Below are positions 1 to 9,232 of a stretch of DNA of 64,000 nucleotides, in pieces. Source of the DNA: Deltaproteobacteria bacterium (GTDB lineage: Bacteria; Myxococcota_A; Polyangia; Polyangiales; Houyiibacteriaceae); contig JAXMNT010000005.1 in NCBI GenBank assembly GCA_034670305.1, forward strand, positions 160,001 to 224,000, read 5' to 3'. The position numbers and the translations under genes are program-made. Within the stretch, counting starts at the first letter, position 1, and every line of letters starts with the position of its first letter. The notes beneath the pieces are model-generated. The model was given only the letters and a program-made list of their open reading frames with translations, did not search any database and had not been told where the DNA came from.

Positions 1-50
1 GAACACTCAGGGGAATCAACGTCGCGTGGACGGTCCGCGCGCCGCCGCGT

Positions 51-890
51 TCAGCGACCGAGCCGGAAGTCGTGCCGGACCTGGACGGACGCGGTGCGGC
101 CACGGGACAAGCGCGCCCTCCGGACCACGTCGGCGACGCAGCCGAGGGTGGCGGGGTTGCCGCGGCCGGGCGGCAACGACGCGCCGACCATGGTGAGCGA
201 GCCGTCGGGATCGACGCGGATCTGGAGGGTGGCGCGGCCAGCCAGGCGGCCGTCGGTGTCGAGGCATCGGAGCAGTGCGTTCGCCAGCGAAGGTCGGGCG
301 AGCACGGCCTGAACCTGCGTGCGGATCTGGGCCACCGTCGGCTGGACCGGCTGGATCGGATCGGGATCCGGATGCGGGTGTGGGTGTGGGTGTGGATGCG
401 GGTTCGGCGGCGGATCCACGGTGACCTGCGCCGCGATGCGCAAGCGGACCTGCGCGACCACCGGTGCCTGCGCGTCGTTGCGACCCATGCGCCGCTCGAC
501 GTATTGGCGCACCTGGGCCTGGATGCAGCGAACGGCCGCCGCGTCGACGTCGCGCGGGTTGGTGCGAACCTCGAGGGCGCTGATGTTCAGAAAGCCCGGC
601 ATGACCCGAACGACAAGGGTCACGTCGAAACTTCGGTCTGGATGCGACGCGTGCATGCAGCGACGTACGAGCGGGCCGGCGCGGCGGGTCAGCTGGGCGA
701 GGCGTGCCCGGGTGACACGGGGGCCCGGCGGGACCCGGATCTGGATGGGACGGGCGGCCGCGCCTCCGCCTTGCGGGGGTGCGATCTCCACTTCGGCTTG
801 GTCCTGGACCTGGACGCGGCGTGCGGCCGCGGGGACCGGCGTGAGCCCGACGAGAGAGAGCACGAGCGAAGCGGAAATCCAGATGCGCAT
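51..890 (-). CDS. Secreted protein with two AgmX/PglI-C (TonB-C-like) domains joined by a Pro-His/Asp-Pro linker
   Basis: Signal peptide ending PAAA. Two domains with the pattern 'RRC...V.V.P.G...CI/CV'. Linker PNPHPHPHPHPHPDPDP. Confidence 0.6.
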   Translation of the reverse strand: MRIWISASLVLSLVGLTPVPAAARRVQVQDQAEVEIAPPQGGGAAARPIQIRVPPGPRVTRARLAQLTRRAGPLVRRCMHASHPDRSFDVTLVVRVMPGFLNISALEVRTNPRDVDAAAVRCIQAQVRQYVERRMGRNDAQAPVVAQVRLRIAAQVTVDPPPNPHPHPHPHPHPDPDPIQPVQPTVAQIRTQVQAVLARPSLANALLRCLDTDGRLAGRATLQIRVDPDGSLTMVGASLPPGRGNPATLGCVADVVRRARLSRGRTASVQVRHDFRLGR

Positions 891-1037
891 GAAAACCTGA
901 CCTCTGCGAGAGACGCGGCCTTGGCTCGAACGATTCAGTCGTTCTGCCGGCCGATCCCCGTGGACAGCCTATCTCAGCTCGGGGTGGGGCGCAGGACGCG
1001 CCCGAGATCCCGAACGCTGTCGCGCGATCAGAAGCGC

Positions 1038-1068
1038 AAAGACCCCGGCGGCCGAAGCCGTCGAGGTC
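1038..1068 (-). terminator. Intrinsic terminator downstream of rpsU
   Basis: Minus strand reads GACCTCGACGGC-TTCG-GCCGCCGGGGTC-TTT: a UUCG-loop stem followed by a short U run, about 30 nt after the stop. Confidence 0.65.
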
Positions 1069-1096
1069 GAACGTGGATCTCTGAGATCGCGTGGAT

Positions 1097-1321
1097 CTAG
1101 CGGTCGAGCTGCTTGACGCGCTTGCGGCGACGACGGGCAGCTTCCGCTTCCTTCTTCCGCCGGCGAACCGACGGCTTCATGTAGTGGCGACGCCGCTTGA
1201 GCTCGCGAAGGACACCTTCCGCGGCCATTTTGCGCTTAAGGTGTTTGATTGCCCGTTCCAAGCCCTTGTCACCGACTTGGACTTCCACGGGCTTGCACTG
1301 AATTGCGTCACCGACTGTCAT
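1097..1321 (-). CDS. rpsU: 30S ribosomal protein S21
   Basis: 74 aa, basic. Contains LERAIKHLKRK...ELKRRRHYMKPSVRRRKK, the S21 signature. Confidence 0.93.
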   Translation of the reverse strand: MTVGDAIQCKPVEVQVGDKGLERAIKHLKRKMAAEGVLRELKRRRHYMKPSVRRRKKEAEAARRRRKRVKQLDR

Positions 1322-1479
1322 GGGCGGCGCACGCTGCCACGGACCTCGAGGCCGCGCAAGGATCCAAGACGATCTTCGCCACCGCTACGGTCTTGCGGCT
1401 CCTTGCCAGCGCCAAGGGCGCGGTGCCCTTGTTCTCGGTTCGGGCTTTGACCAGCTCAGGATCGCGAACCGAACCCAGG

Positions 1480-2424
1480 TCAGGCGAGGGCGTTGGCGAT
1501 GACCGTGTTGACGGCTTTGGCGCTGCTCATCACGTAGAAGTGCACGCTCGGCACGCCGGCGCTGAGGAGCTCTTGGACCTGCTGGGTCGCCCACTGGATG
1601 CCGATCTCGGTCGCCTTCTTGGGCGCGTTCTCGACCTCGTGGCTGAGCGCGTCGGGGATCTCGCAGTGGAAGGTGCGGGGAATGCTGGTGAGGTGCCGTT
1701 TGGTGGTGAGCACCTTGAGGCCCGCGATGATCGGCACCGTGATGCCGGCGGCGCGGCACCGTTCGACGTAATCGAAGTAGTGGCGGTTCTCGAAGAACAT
1801 CTGGGTGACGATGTACTCGGCGCCGGCGTCGATCTTCTCTTTGGTGCGGCGCAGATCGCTGTCGATGTTGGGCGACTCGAAGTGTTTCTCCGGGTACCCG
1901 GAGCAGCCCACACAGAAATCCATCGGCGCCGCGTCCAGGTACTCGTCCAGGAAACGACCCGCGTTCATGTCGTCGATCTGCTTGATGAGATCGACCGCGT
2001 AGGCGTTCGCGGTCTTGCCGTCGCGAAGCGGCTTGCGGTAGCCCTTGTCGTCGCCGCGCACGGCCAAGACGTTGTCGATGCCGAGGTAGCGCAGCTCGAT
2101 CAAGAAGTCCTCGGTCTCTTGCTGGGTGAACCCGTGGCAGAGGACGTGCGGGACCGCGTCGATGTTGTACTTGTTCTGCACCAGCGCGCAGACACCGAGG
2201 GTTCCGGGCCGTTTGCGCTTGATGTGGCGCTGGATCCCCTCCTTCGTCTCTTCGTAGACGACCTCGGCGGGATGGCTCGTGATGTCGATGAACTTCGGGT
2301 GGTGCTGCGAGAGATCGTCCACGAGCCCGAGCAGGTCGCGCACGCTTCCGCCGCGTTGGGGTGGGATGATTTCGAAGCTGATCAGAGGACCAGTCGCGCG
2401 ATCGAGATGTTCGGTGACCTTCAT
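1480..2424 (-). CDS. metF: 5,10-methylenetetrahydrofolate reductase
   Basis: Motifs SFEIIPP, NVLAVRGD, GYPEKH, KIDAGAEYIVTQMFF, HFY. Confidence 0.93.
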   Translation of the reverse strand: MKVTEHLDRATGPLISFEIIPPQRGGSVRDLLGLVDDLSQHHPKFIDITSHPAEVVYEETKEGIQRHIKRKRPGTLGVCALVQNKYNIDAVPHVLCHGFTQQETEDFLIELRYLGIDNVLAVRGDDKGYRKPLRDGKTANAYAVDLIKQIDDMNAGRFLDEYLDAAPMDFCVGCSGYPEKHFESPNIDSDLRRTKEKIDAGAEYIVTQMFFENRHYFDYVERCRAAGITVPIIAGLKVLTTKRHLTSIPRTFHCEIPDALSHEVENAPKKATEIGIQWATQQVQELLSAGVPSVHFYVMSSAKAVNTVIANALA

Positions 2425-2572
2425 CGGAGCGCGGCACCCTAGCAGCTACCCAGGAAAGTCCCAGGTCGCCGATGCAGGGCCTGGGCCGGGCGCGAGGCTG
2501 CGCTGCCAACGGTCTGGAAGCGGCCCGCGTCGGGCCAGCCGGAGGTCGTTGTTGGCCGGGCGCGGTGGCTGG

Positions 2573-2962
2573 CTAGGTCGTCGGTTCGGCGGTGCGGTCG
2601 ACCCGCCCGTCGGCCCGCAGGACGAGGCGCACCAGATCCTCCGGTCGTTCGTCGCTGAGCGCACCCAGGCGCCGGAGGTACTCGAACGAGTAGATGCCGG
2701 TGTTGTGTCCGTCCGCCCAGGCCATCCGGAGGGCGTACTGGCCACTGGCCGCGAGATCCCGAAGCTCGAACGCGGCGGTGGGCAGTTCGTCGGTGCCGGC
2801 CACCCAGCCGACCGGGCCGTGGTGTCCTTGGCAGACCGCGCAGGGACAGAAGCCGCGGAGCAGTCGATGCGACAGAAACGAAGTCGCCTCGTCCGACCAG
2901 TCGATCTCCATCATGCGCGCGCCTGCGGGCGCCCGGACTTCGGTGGGTTCGACCTCTGCCAT
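2573..2962 (-). CDS. DUF971 / gamma-butyrobetaine hydroxylase N-terminal-like Zn-binding protein
   Basis: Motifs LRGFCPCAVC and GQYAL..W.DGHNTGIYSFEYLR. Confidence 0.88.
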   Translation of the reverse strand: MAEVEPTEVRAPAGARMMEIDWSDEATSFLSHRLLRGFCPCAVCQGHHGPVGWVAGTDELPTAAFELRDLAASGQYALRMAWADGHNTGIYSFEYLRRLGALSDERPEDLVRLVLRADGRVDRTAEPTT

Positions 2963-3087
2963 GTGTTCCGCATAGCGAGAACTCCGCCGCAGGTCGACCC
3001 TCCTTCTAGCAGGCTGCTGAAGAACGCCCGCGGCGTTGTCGCAGCCTGCCCCTTGCCCCTGCCCTTGCCTTTGCCCTTGCCCGCGGA

Positions 3088-3162
3088 TCAGCGGTCAGAT
3101 CGCTTGATCAGCGCGACGAGCATTGCGACGACCTGCTCGAGGTGGGCGAGAGCCCGTTCGAT
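3088..3162 (-). pseudogene. Probable C-terminal remnant of a four-helix-bundle (TIGR02436-like) gene
   Basis: Translates as IERALAHLEQVVAMLVALIKRSDR*. This resembles the family's last helix and the end of the 17055-17366 protein (DEVCAMLYRLSR). Confidence 0.45.
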
Positions 3163-3163
3163 A

Positions 3164-3234
3164 TTCTTGGGGGCACGGCCCCCAAACCCCGTCCGTGACA
3201 CGGCTTGCTCGCTTCGCTCGGCTTCGCCGCGTCG
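3164..3234 (-). repeat. Dispersed REP-like unit, family 1 (copy 1)
   Basis: Its reverse complement aligns closely with 33281-33350 (cgac.cggcg.ag.cgagcgaagcgagc..aagccgtgtcac...cggggtttggg...tgcccccaagaa). Confidence 0.8.
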
Positions 3235-3329
3235 AATATCGGGCCGTCGCGAAACACACGGCTCCACGACGCGGGCAAGGGCGCGGGCAAGGGCAACGGC
3301 AAGGGAGCAGGTCGCTTTTGAGCGACCTG

Positions 3330-4943
3330 CTAGTCGGGCCAGTCGCGCAGGACCATGGATCCGGTCATCGTGGGCTCGGGGTCCATGGCGACCTCCATCG
3401 TCTCCGCCATCGGCGTGACCATGCGCGGGGTGGTCATGCGCACGACGACGCGCGGCGCTTCGACCATCGGCTCAACGGTCTCGGTCATCGCTGGTTCGGA
3501 CATCGCCGTCTCGGGTGCGACCTCCGCCATCGTGACCTCGGGTTCGACCATCGCCGCCGAGACCGTCGCCATGCCCGTGCGCATGCCCATCGTCCAGCGC
3601 CGTCCCATCGTTGTGGTCGGCTCGGTCTCGACGGTCTCGGTTTCGACGGTCTCGGTGTCGACCTCGGGCACGACCTCGGGTTCGACCTCGACCTCCACGG
3701 TCGGCGGGTTCGACTGGGCGGCAGGCAAGGGTTCGGTGACCGGGGTGGGATCCCCGAGAAGCAGCGCGGCGCCCGCGCCTGCCCCGATGCCCACCAGCAC
3801 CATCAGGGTGACCCAGAGTGCCCGGTTCGTCGTCGAGCCGGTCATCGTGGGTTCGGTGCCGACGTGGGCCGCGATGCTCGGAATGACCTGCGACGAGGAC
3901 GGTGGGGTTCGGTCTTCCGCGACCGGGAGGTTGGGTTGCGAAGGCGTCCCGCCTCCGAGCGCGGTCTTCAGGCCGTCTTCCAACCGGTTCAGTTCGTCGC
4001 CGCCGTGCTCCCGCACGTACGCGCCGACCTGCGCGGTGGTGGCGGGTGCCAAGGCGGCTCGAAGCGCGGCGGCGAAGTCGCGCCCGGTCTGGAAGCGGGT
4101 GTCCGGATCGCGCTGGAGGGCTTTGTCGATCGCGGCCGAGATGCCGGGCGGCAGATCCGGGCGAAGGTCGGCGAGCACCGGGATCGGTTCCTGGGTGATC
4201 TTCGCCAACGTCTGCAGCGGGTTGTCGCTCTTGAAAAGCCGGCGCCCCGCAAAGGTCTCCCACGCGACGATGCCGAGCGCGAAGATGTCCACCCGGCGGT
4301 CGATGACCCCAGCCCGCGCCTGCTCGGGCGCGAAGTAGGCCATCTTGCCCTTCACCTCACCCGTTTGGGTGTGGGAGCTGCGCAACAGGGCGCGGGCGAC
4401 GCCGAAGTCGGTGATGCGCGTGCGACCGCTGCGGTCGATGAGGATGTTCTGCGGCGAGATGTCCCGGTGCACGATCTGAAGCGCTTCGCCCATCGGGGTC
4501 GTCGCTTCGTGGGCGTCGTGCAGACCCGACGCGGCCTGCGCGAGGATCTCGATCGCGATCGAGGGCTCGAGGTGCGTGCCAGAGCTCAGCACGTTTCGGA
4601 GCAGGCGGGAGTGCGAGACCCCAACCACCAGCTCCATCACCAAGTAGAGGGAGTCGTCTTCGGCGCGGCCGAGATCCATCGTCTGCACGACGTTCGGACT
4701 CGTGATGTTGGCGGCGACCCGGCCTTCGTCGAGGAACATCTCCACGAACCGCTCGTCCTCCGCGAGGGTCGGCAGCATGCGCTTGAGCGCGACGACCTTC
4801 TGAAAGCCGGCCTCTCCGAGGATCCGCGCCGCATACACCTCGGCCATGCCGCCGCCGGCGATGCGGAAGAGGGTTTCGTACCGACCGAAACGCCTGCGTT
4901 GTTCGGCTCCGCCCGTCATGGCCCGCTTCCGCGGTTCACTCAC
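3330..4943 (-). CDS. Membrane Ser/Thr protein kinase with a Met/Thr-rich extracytoplasmic tail
   Basis: Motifs GGGMAEV, VALK, HRDISPQN, DFG, APE. One TM segment, then a low-complexity tail. True start may be the ATG at about 4919. Confidence 0.92.
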   Translation of the reverse strand: MSEPRKRAMTGGAEQRRRFGRYETLFRIAGGGMAEVYAARILGEAGFQKVVALKRMLPTLAEDERFVEMFLDEGRVAANITSPNVVQTMDLGRAEDDSLYLVMELVVGVSHSRLLRNVLSSGTHLEPSIAIEILAQAASGLHDAHEATTPMGEALQIVHRDISPQNILIDRSGRTRITDFGVARALLRSSHTQTGEVKGKMAYFAPEQARAGVIDRRVDIFALGIVAWETFAGRRLFKSDNPLQTLAKITQEPIPVLADLRPDLPPGISAAIDKALQRDPDTRFQTGRDFAAALRAALAPATTAQVGAYVREHGGDELNRLEDGLKTALGGGTPSQPNLPVAEDRTPPSSSQVIPSIAAHVGTEPTMTGSTTNRALWVTLMVLVGIGAGAGAALLLGDPTPVTEPLPAAQSNPPTVEVEVEPEVVPEVDTETVETETVETEPTTTMGRRWTMGMRTGMATVSAAMVEPEVTMAEVAPETAMSEPAMTETVEPMVEAPRVVVRMTTPRMVTPMAETMEVAMDPEPTMTGSMVLRDWPD

Positions 4944-5670
4944 AGAAGTGCCGATCTCCGCTGCAATAGCCGGCCGCGACGGTCCCGCCCACGCAGCCCG
5001 CGATGCTGCATTTGTCGACTTCGCACCGCCAGGTCGGTCGGCTGCCCGGCACGACGACGCACGTCGGGTCCGTCGGCGGGGTCACGACGCAGATGCCAGG
5101 AGAGGACTCGCAGATCCCAGCCGGGTTGCAGGTGCCCGTGTCGCACATGGTGTCCACGCACGGTACGCAGGCGGGGATGGTGGTCGTGATCCGTGTGGAC
5201 CAGCTGGTCGCGCCTTCGCCGTCGGTGTTGACGTAGAACGGATGGCCGAGGACGAACTGGATCTCCGCCTGCGGGTCGTCGGGTCGGCCGCCGGCCGGGA
5301 GCGCGGTGCAGTCGGGATCGACGCAGTACCGCACCCGCAGGTGCACGTCGGTCTCGGGATCTTCGGTCACCAAGCTGAACGGGTAGTCCTGGCCCGCGCT
5401 GGTCAAGGCCATCGGCTGCAGGGACCCGCCGGTCCAGATGGTTCCGAACCCCACGCCCTCCGATCGCATCGCCTGCACGTTGACATAGAGTTCTGGAAAC
5501 TCGGCGGGCTTGGGTGCCACCGCGAGTTCGCCTTCGAATGCCGCCACTTCGTTGGCCACGAGGCACCCGGTGCCGGCCAGAGACAGGGTCAGGGACACAG
5601 CCAGGGACACAGCCCGGGGCACGGCACAAAGCGCAGTCAAAACAGCGGGTTGGGTCGATCGAAGGGACAT
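4936..5670 (-). CDS. Cys-rich lipoprotein
   Basis: ATG at 5670 overlaps the upstream stop (ATGA). Lipobox-like LAGTGC. Many Cys in the C-terminal half. Confidence 0.7.
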   Translation of the reverse strand: MSLRSTQPAVLTALCAVPRAVSLAVSLTLSLAGTGCLVANEVAAFEGELAVAPKPAEFPELYVNVQAMRSEGVGFGTIWTGGSLQPMALTSAGQDYPFSLVTEDPETDVHLRVRYCVDPDCTALPAGGRPDDPQAEIQFVLGHPFYVNTDGEGATSWSTRITTTIPACVPCVDTMCDTGTCNPAGICESSPGICVVTPPTDPTCVVVPGSRPTWRCEVDKCSIAGCVGGTVAAGYCSGDRHFCE

Positions 5671-6371
5671 CAGAGGTTCATCACGTTGTCGGTGGCGGGA
5701 TCGAGCTGATTGGCCTGGCGGACGAACACCAAGGTCAGAACGACCCCCGCGATGGCCAGTACGGCTGCGATCGGCACGAGGATCGGCGCGAGGGAGCGAC
5801 TTTCGGTTTCGCGCTCCTCCATGATGACCTCGATCCGGACCCGTTGCCCGTCCCGGACCGAGTCTTCCCACGTGAACGGCTCGAACCCTTCGCGCTCCGC
5901 CACGATCGCATGGCGGCCCGCATCGGTCTCGATGTTCGCGGTTTCGCCCCGATCGAGTGGGACCGTGCGGCCGTCGAGGCGCACCGTGTACTCGCCTTCG
6001 GTGGCGAGCCCCACCAGCTCGAGCACCGCGACGCGCGCGGCCTCCGCGTCCCGAAGGGTCTGGGCTTCGTCCCGTGCGGCGTAATCTTCGTGTTCCGCGA
6101 GCAGGCGATCGAACGCGTCCCGCGCGTCCCGGTGCCGGCCGAGCGCCCGAAGCACCATCGCGGCGTTGTAGAGCGCCGTCGGCACACCACTGAGCAGGTA
6201 GGCTTGTTCGAACCCCTGCAACGCGTCCGCCCAGCGTTCTTGTTCGGCGGCTTCCTGAGCCTGCACGAACGCGACACGGGCTTCTTCCCGAGCGGCTTCC
6301 GTCGATTGTGCGGCCGCGGTGTGCGTGAGCGCCAAGGTGGCGAACACGGCGAGTACACAGAGGGTGCGCAT
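5670..6371 (-). CDS. TPR + PEGA-like domain membrane protein
   Basis: Signal peptide, TPR (ALQGFEQAY...ALYNAA...LGRHRDA), PEGA-like V.LDG...GRH.I.AEREGF, C-terminal TM. Confidence 0.8.
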   Translation of the reverse strand: MRTLCVLAVFATLALTHTAAAQSTEAAREEARVAFVQAQEAAEQERWADALQGFEQAYLLSGVPTALYNAAMVLRALGRHRDARDAFDRLLAEHEDYAARDEAQTLRDAEAARVAVLELVGLATEGEYTVRLDGRTVPLDRGETANIETDAGRHAIVAEREGFEPFTWEDSVRDGQRVRIEVIMEERETESRSLAPILVPIAAVLAIAGVVLTLVFVRQANQLDPATDNVMNL

Positions 6372-6517
6372 TCGATCCCATCATCCCCGATCTTGGGGAC
6401 GCGTGTCCACTCGCCGCCCAGGATCGGATCCGGAGACGACCCAGACCGACCTCGCAGGCCGCCCGCGAGAAAAGCAGCCCGCTTGCGGTGGCGGGGCCCG
6501 CCCTACACAGTCCATGT

Positions 6518-7783
6518 ATGGGTGGACCCCCAAGCGCCGCGCTCGACGAGCTGATCTACGACTGGAACGAAGTCGAACGCCGCACCGGCCCGTTCGACCA
6601 CCCGTTCGAGCTGCACGACGAGACGTTGCGAGATGGAATCCAGAATCCATCCGTCGTGGATCCCGGCATCGGCGACAAGCTGGAGATCCTGCACTTGCTC
6701 GACGAAGTCGGCGTGCACAGCACCGACGTCGGGCTGCCCGGCGCCGGTCCGCGTGCGTTCGAGGACGTGCTGACGCTCTGCCGGGAGATCGCCGATCAGA
6801 AGCTCGGCATCCGCGCGACGTGCGCGGGGCGCACCTTGGTCGGCGACATCGAACCCATGGTCCGGGTCTCGCAGCAGGCCGGCATCCCGGTCGAGGTCAT
6901 GACCTTCATCGGCAGCTCGCCGATCCGGCAGTACGCCGAGAACTGGACCCACGAGCTCATCATCGAGCGCTCGGTGAAGGCGATCGACTTCGCGGTCAAA
7001 GAAGGTCTGCCGGTCACGTTCGTCACGGAAGACACGACCCGCTCGCACCCGCATCTGCTCACGGACCTGTTCCGTGCGGCGATCGATCACGGGGCGACGC
7101 GCTTGTGCCTCTGCGACACCGTGGGTCACAGCACCCCCGACGGAGTGCGCAACCTGCTGCGCTTCACCCGCCACGTGATCGAGGGCACCGGCGCCGACGT
7201 GAAGATCGACTGGCACGGACACAACGACCGCGGCCTCGGCCTCGTCAACAGCCTCTTCGCGCTCGAGCACGGCGCCGACCGCGTGCACGGGTGTGTGCTC
7301 GGCATCGGCGAACGGGTCGGCAACGCGCCGCTCGATCTGCTGCTCATCAACTTGAAGCTGCTCGGCGCGATGAAAAACACCGACCTGAGCAAGCTCGCCG
7401 CGCTCGCCCGCAAGGTCTCCGCCGCCACCCGTTTTCCGATCCCGATCAACTACCCGGTGGTCGGCGACGACGCGTTCCGCACCGCGACCGGCGTGCACGC
7501 CGCAGCGATCATCAAAGCCAAGCAGAAGGGCGACGACTGGCTCGCCGACCGCGTCTACTCGGGCGTGCCCGCGGGCATGGTCGGACGGGAACAAGAGATC
7601 TGCATCGGGCCGATGTCCGGCATCTCCAATGTCACCTACTGGCTCGAAGCGCACGGCGTCGAAGCGAGCGGCGGGTTGATCAAGGCGATCCTGCTCAGCG
7701 CGAAAGCCTCCGACCACAACCTGAGCAACGAAGAAGTGATGGCCGTGGTCGACCGGCACCAGAAATCCCAAAAGAAGGGCTAA
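6518..7783 (+). CDS. 2-isopropylmalate synthase/homocitrate synthase family (DRE-TIM) enzyme lacking the C-terminal regulatory domain
   Basis: Motifs DETLRDGIQ, LCDTVG, WHGHNDRG, GIGERVGNA, ATGVHA. Confidence 0.88.
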   Translation: MGGPPSAALDELIYDWNEVERRTGPFDHPFELHDETLRDGIQNPSVVDPGIGDKLEILHLLDEVGVHSTDVGLPGAGPRAFEDVLTLCREIADQKLGIRATCAGRTLVGDIEPMVRVSQQAGIPVEVMTFIGSSPIRQYAENWTHELIIERSVKAIDFAVKEGLPVTFVTEDTTRSHPHLLTDLFRAAIDHGATRLCLCDTVGHSTPDGVRNLLRFTRHVIEGTGADVKIDWHGHNDRGLGLVNSLFALEHGADRVHGCVLGIGERVGNAPLDLLLINLKLLGAMKNTDLSKLAALARKVSAATRFPIPINYPVVGDDAFRTATGVHAAAIIKAKQKGDDWLADRVYSGVPAGMVGREQEICIGPMSGISNVTYWLEAHGVEASGGLIKAILLSAKASDHNLSNEEVMAVVDRHQKSQKKG

Positions 7784-7816
7784 CGCCGCCGGCTCGATCT
7801 TCTATCCTCGCGCGCT

Positions 7817-9226
7817 GTGGAGGAACGTTACGATCTGATCGTCATCGGCTCGGGACCCGCCGGAGAGAAAGGCGCCGCTCAGGCGGCGTACTTCGGCAAG
7901 AAGGTCGCCGTCGTCGAGAAGGAACCGGAGCCCGGCGGCGCCGCGGTGCACACCGGCACGCTCCCGAGCAAGACGCTCCGCGAGACGGCGCTGTTCTTGT
8001 CCGGTCACCGGACCCGCGCGCTCTACGGCGTCGCGGTGAGTCTGGCGGACGATGCGAACCTGCAGACGCTCATGGCCCGCAAACGCGCGATGGCCGCGAG
8101 TGAATCGCAGCGCATCCGCGAGAACCTCCATCGGCACGGGGTCGAGCTCATTCGGGGCACCGCGCGGTTTGTCGGACCGAACACGGTGGAGATCGTCGGT
8201 GACCAGGGGCCGCGACGGCTCGAGGCCGATCGATTCCTGGTGGCGACCGGGAGCATTCCGCGGCGGCCGGAGGGCATCGAGTTCGAGTCGGATCTGATCC
8301 ACGACAGCGACGAGATCCTCGTGATCCAGTCGCTCCCGAAGTCGATGATCGTACTCGGGGCCGGCGTCATCGGCTGCGAGTACGCGTGTATGTTCGCGGC
8401 GCTCGGGATCTCGATCGATCTGGTCGATGCGCGTCCGAACATTCTCGAGTTCATCGACGAGGAGATCCGGGACCGGCTCTGCGACGAGATGATGGCGCTC
8501 GGCATCCGGCTGCGGCGCGGCCGCCGCTGGGGCGACATCGCGGTGGATCGTGTCGGCACCGAAGAGATTGGCGTGTCGGTCAAGCTCGACACGGGCGAGA
8601 CGCTGCGCGCACAACACCTGCTCTTCGCGGCGGGCCGCTCGGGCAACACGGCCAGGCTCGGGCTCGACACGGTCGGCGTGGCGCCGGACGCGCGCGGCTA
8701 CCTCGAGGTCGATGAACAATTCCGCACGAGCGCACACCACGTGATGGCCGCCGGCGACGTGGTCGGCTTTCCGGCGCTCGCCTCCGCTTCGATGGAGCAG
8801 GGCCGCGTCGCGGTCTGCCACGCGTTCGGGTTCGGCTACAAACAAGAAGTCAGCGACGTCATCCCCTACGGCATCTACACGATCCCAGAGGTCAGCGCGG
8901 TGGGTCTCACGGAACAGGCGTGCCGCGAGAAGGGCATTCCGTGCGTGGTCGGGCGCGCGCGTTTTCGGGACAACGCCCGAGGACAGATCCAGGGCGACCT
9001 CGGGGGACTCACCAAACTCGTGGTCTGCGCCAAGACCCGCAAGGTGCTCGGCGTGCACGTGATCGGAGAGCGCGCGAGCGAACTCGTGCACCTCGGGCAA
9101 GCGGCGCTCATCACCGGCGCCACGGTCGATCTCTTCATCGACATGGTCTTCAACTTCCCGACGCTGTCGGAGACCTACAAGTACGCGGCCTACGACTGCC
9201 TCGGCGCGCTGGCCCAGAGCGAGTAG
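7817..9226 (+). CDS. sthA: Soluble pyridine nucleotide transhydrogenase
   Basis: GSGPAG; GGAAVHTGTLPSKTLRE (no redox Cys pair); GAGVIGCE; FNFPTLSETYKYAA. Confidence 0.92.
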   Translation: MEERYDLIVIGSGPAGEKGAAQAAYFGKKVAVVEKEPEPGGAAVHTGTLPSKTLRETALFLSGHRTRALYGVAVSLADDANLQTLMARKRAMAASESQRIRENLHRHGVELIRGTARFVGPNTVEIVGDQGPRRLEADRFLVATGSIPRRPEGIEFESDLIHDSDEILVIQSLPKSMIVLGAGVIGCEYACMFAALGISIDLVDARPNILEFIDEEIRDRLCDEMMALGIRLRRGRRWGDIAVDRVGTEEIGVSVKLDTGETLRAQHLLFAAGRSGNTARLGLDTVGVAPDARGYLEVDEQFRTSAHHVMAAGDVVGFPALASASMEQGRVAVCHAFGFGYKQEVSDVIPYGIYTIPEVSAVGLTEQACREKGIPCVVGRARFRDNARGQIQGDLGGLTKLVVCAKTRKVLGVHVIGERASELVHLGQAALITGATVDLFIDMVFNFPTLSETYKYAAYDCLGALAQSE

Positions 9227-9232
9227 CCAGGC

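Larger units (their letters stand above)
3006..3333. mobile_element. Symmetric MITE-like composite element: CTAG, hairpin, (CCCTTG)n, core, (CAAGGG)n, hairpin, CTAG
   Basis: Ends CTAGCAGGCTGCTGAAGAA and CTTTTGAGCGACCTGCTAG are imperfect inverted repeats. GCAGG...CCTGC hairpins at 3009-3049 and 3307-3330. Complementary hexamer arms at 3048-3082 and 3273-3305. Confidence 0.5.

Noticed and set aside
965-975. 11-mer CAGCCTATCTC shared with the region near 62615
   Set aside because: Too short; matches of this length are expected by chance in 64 kb.
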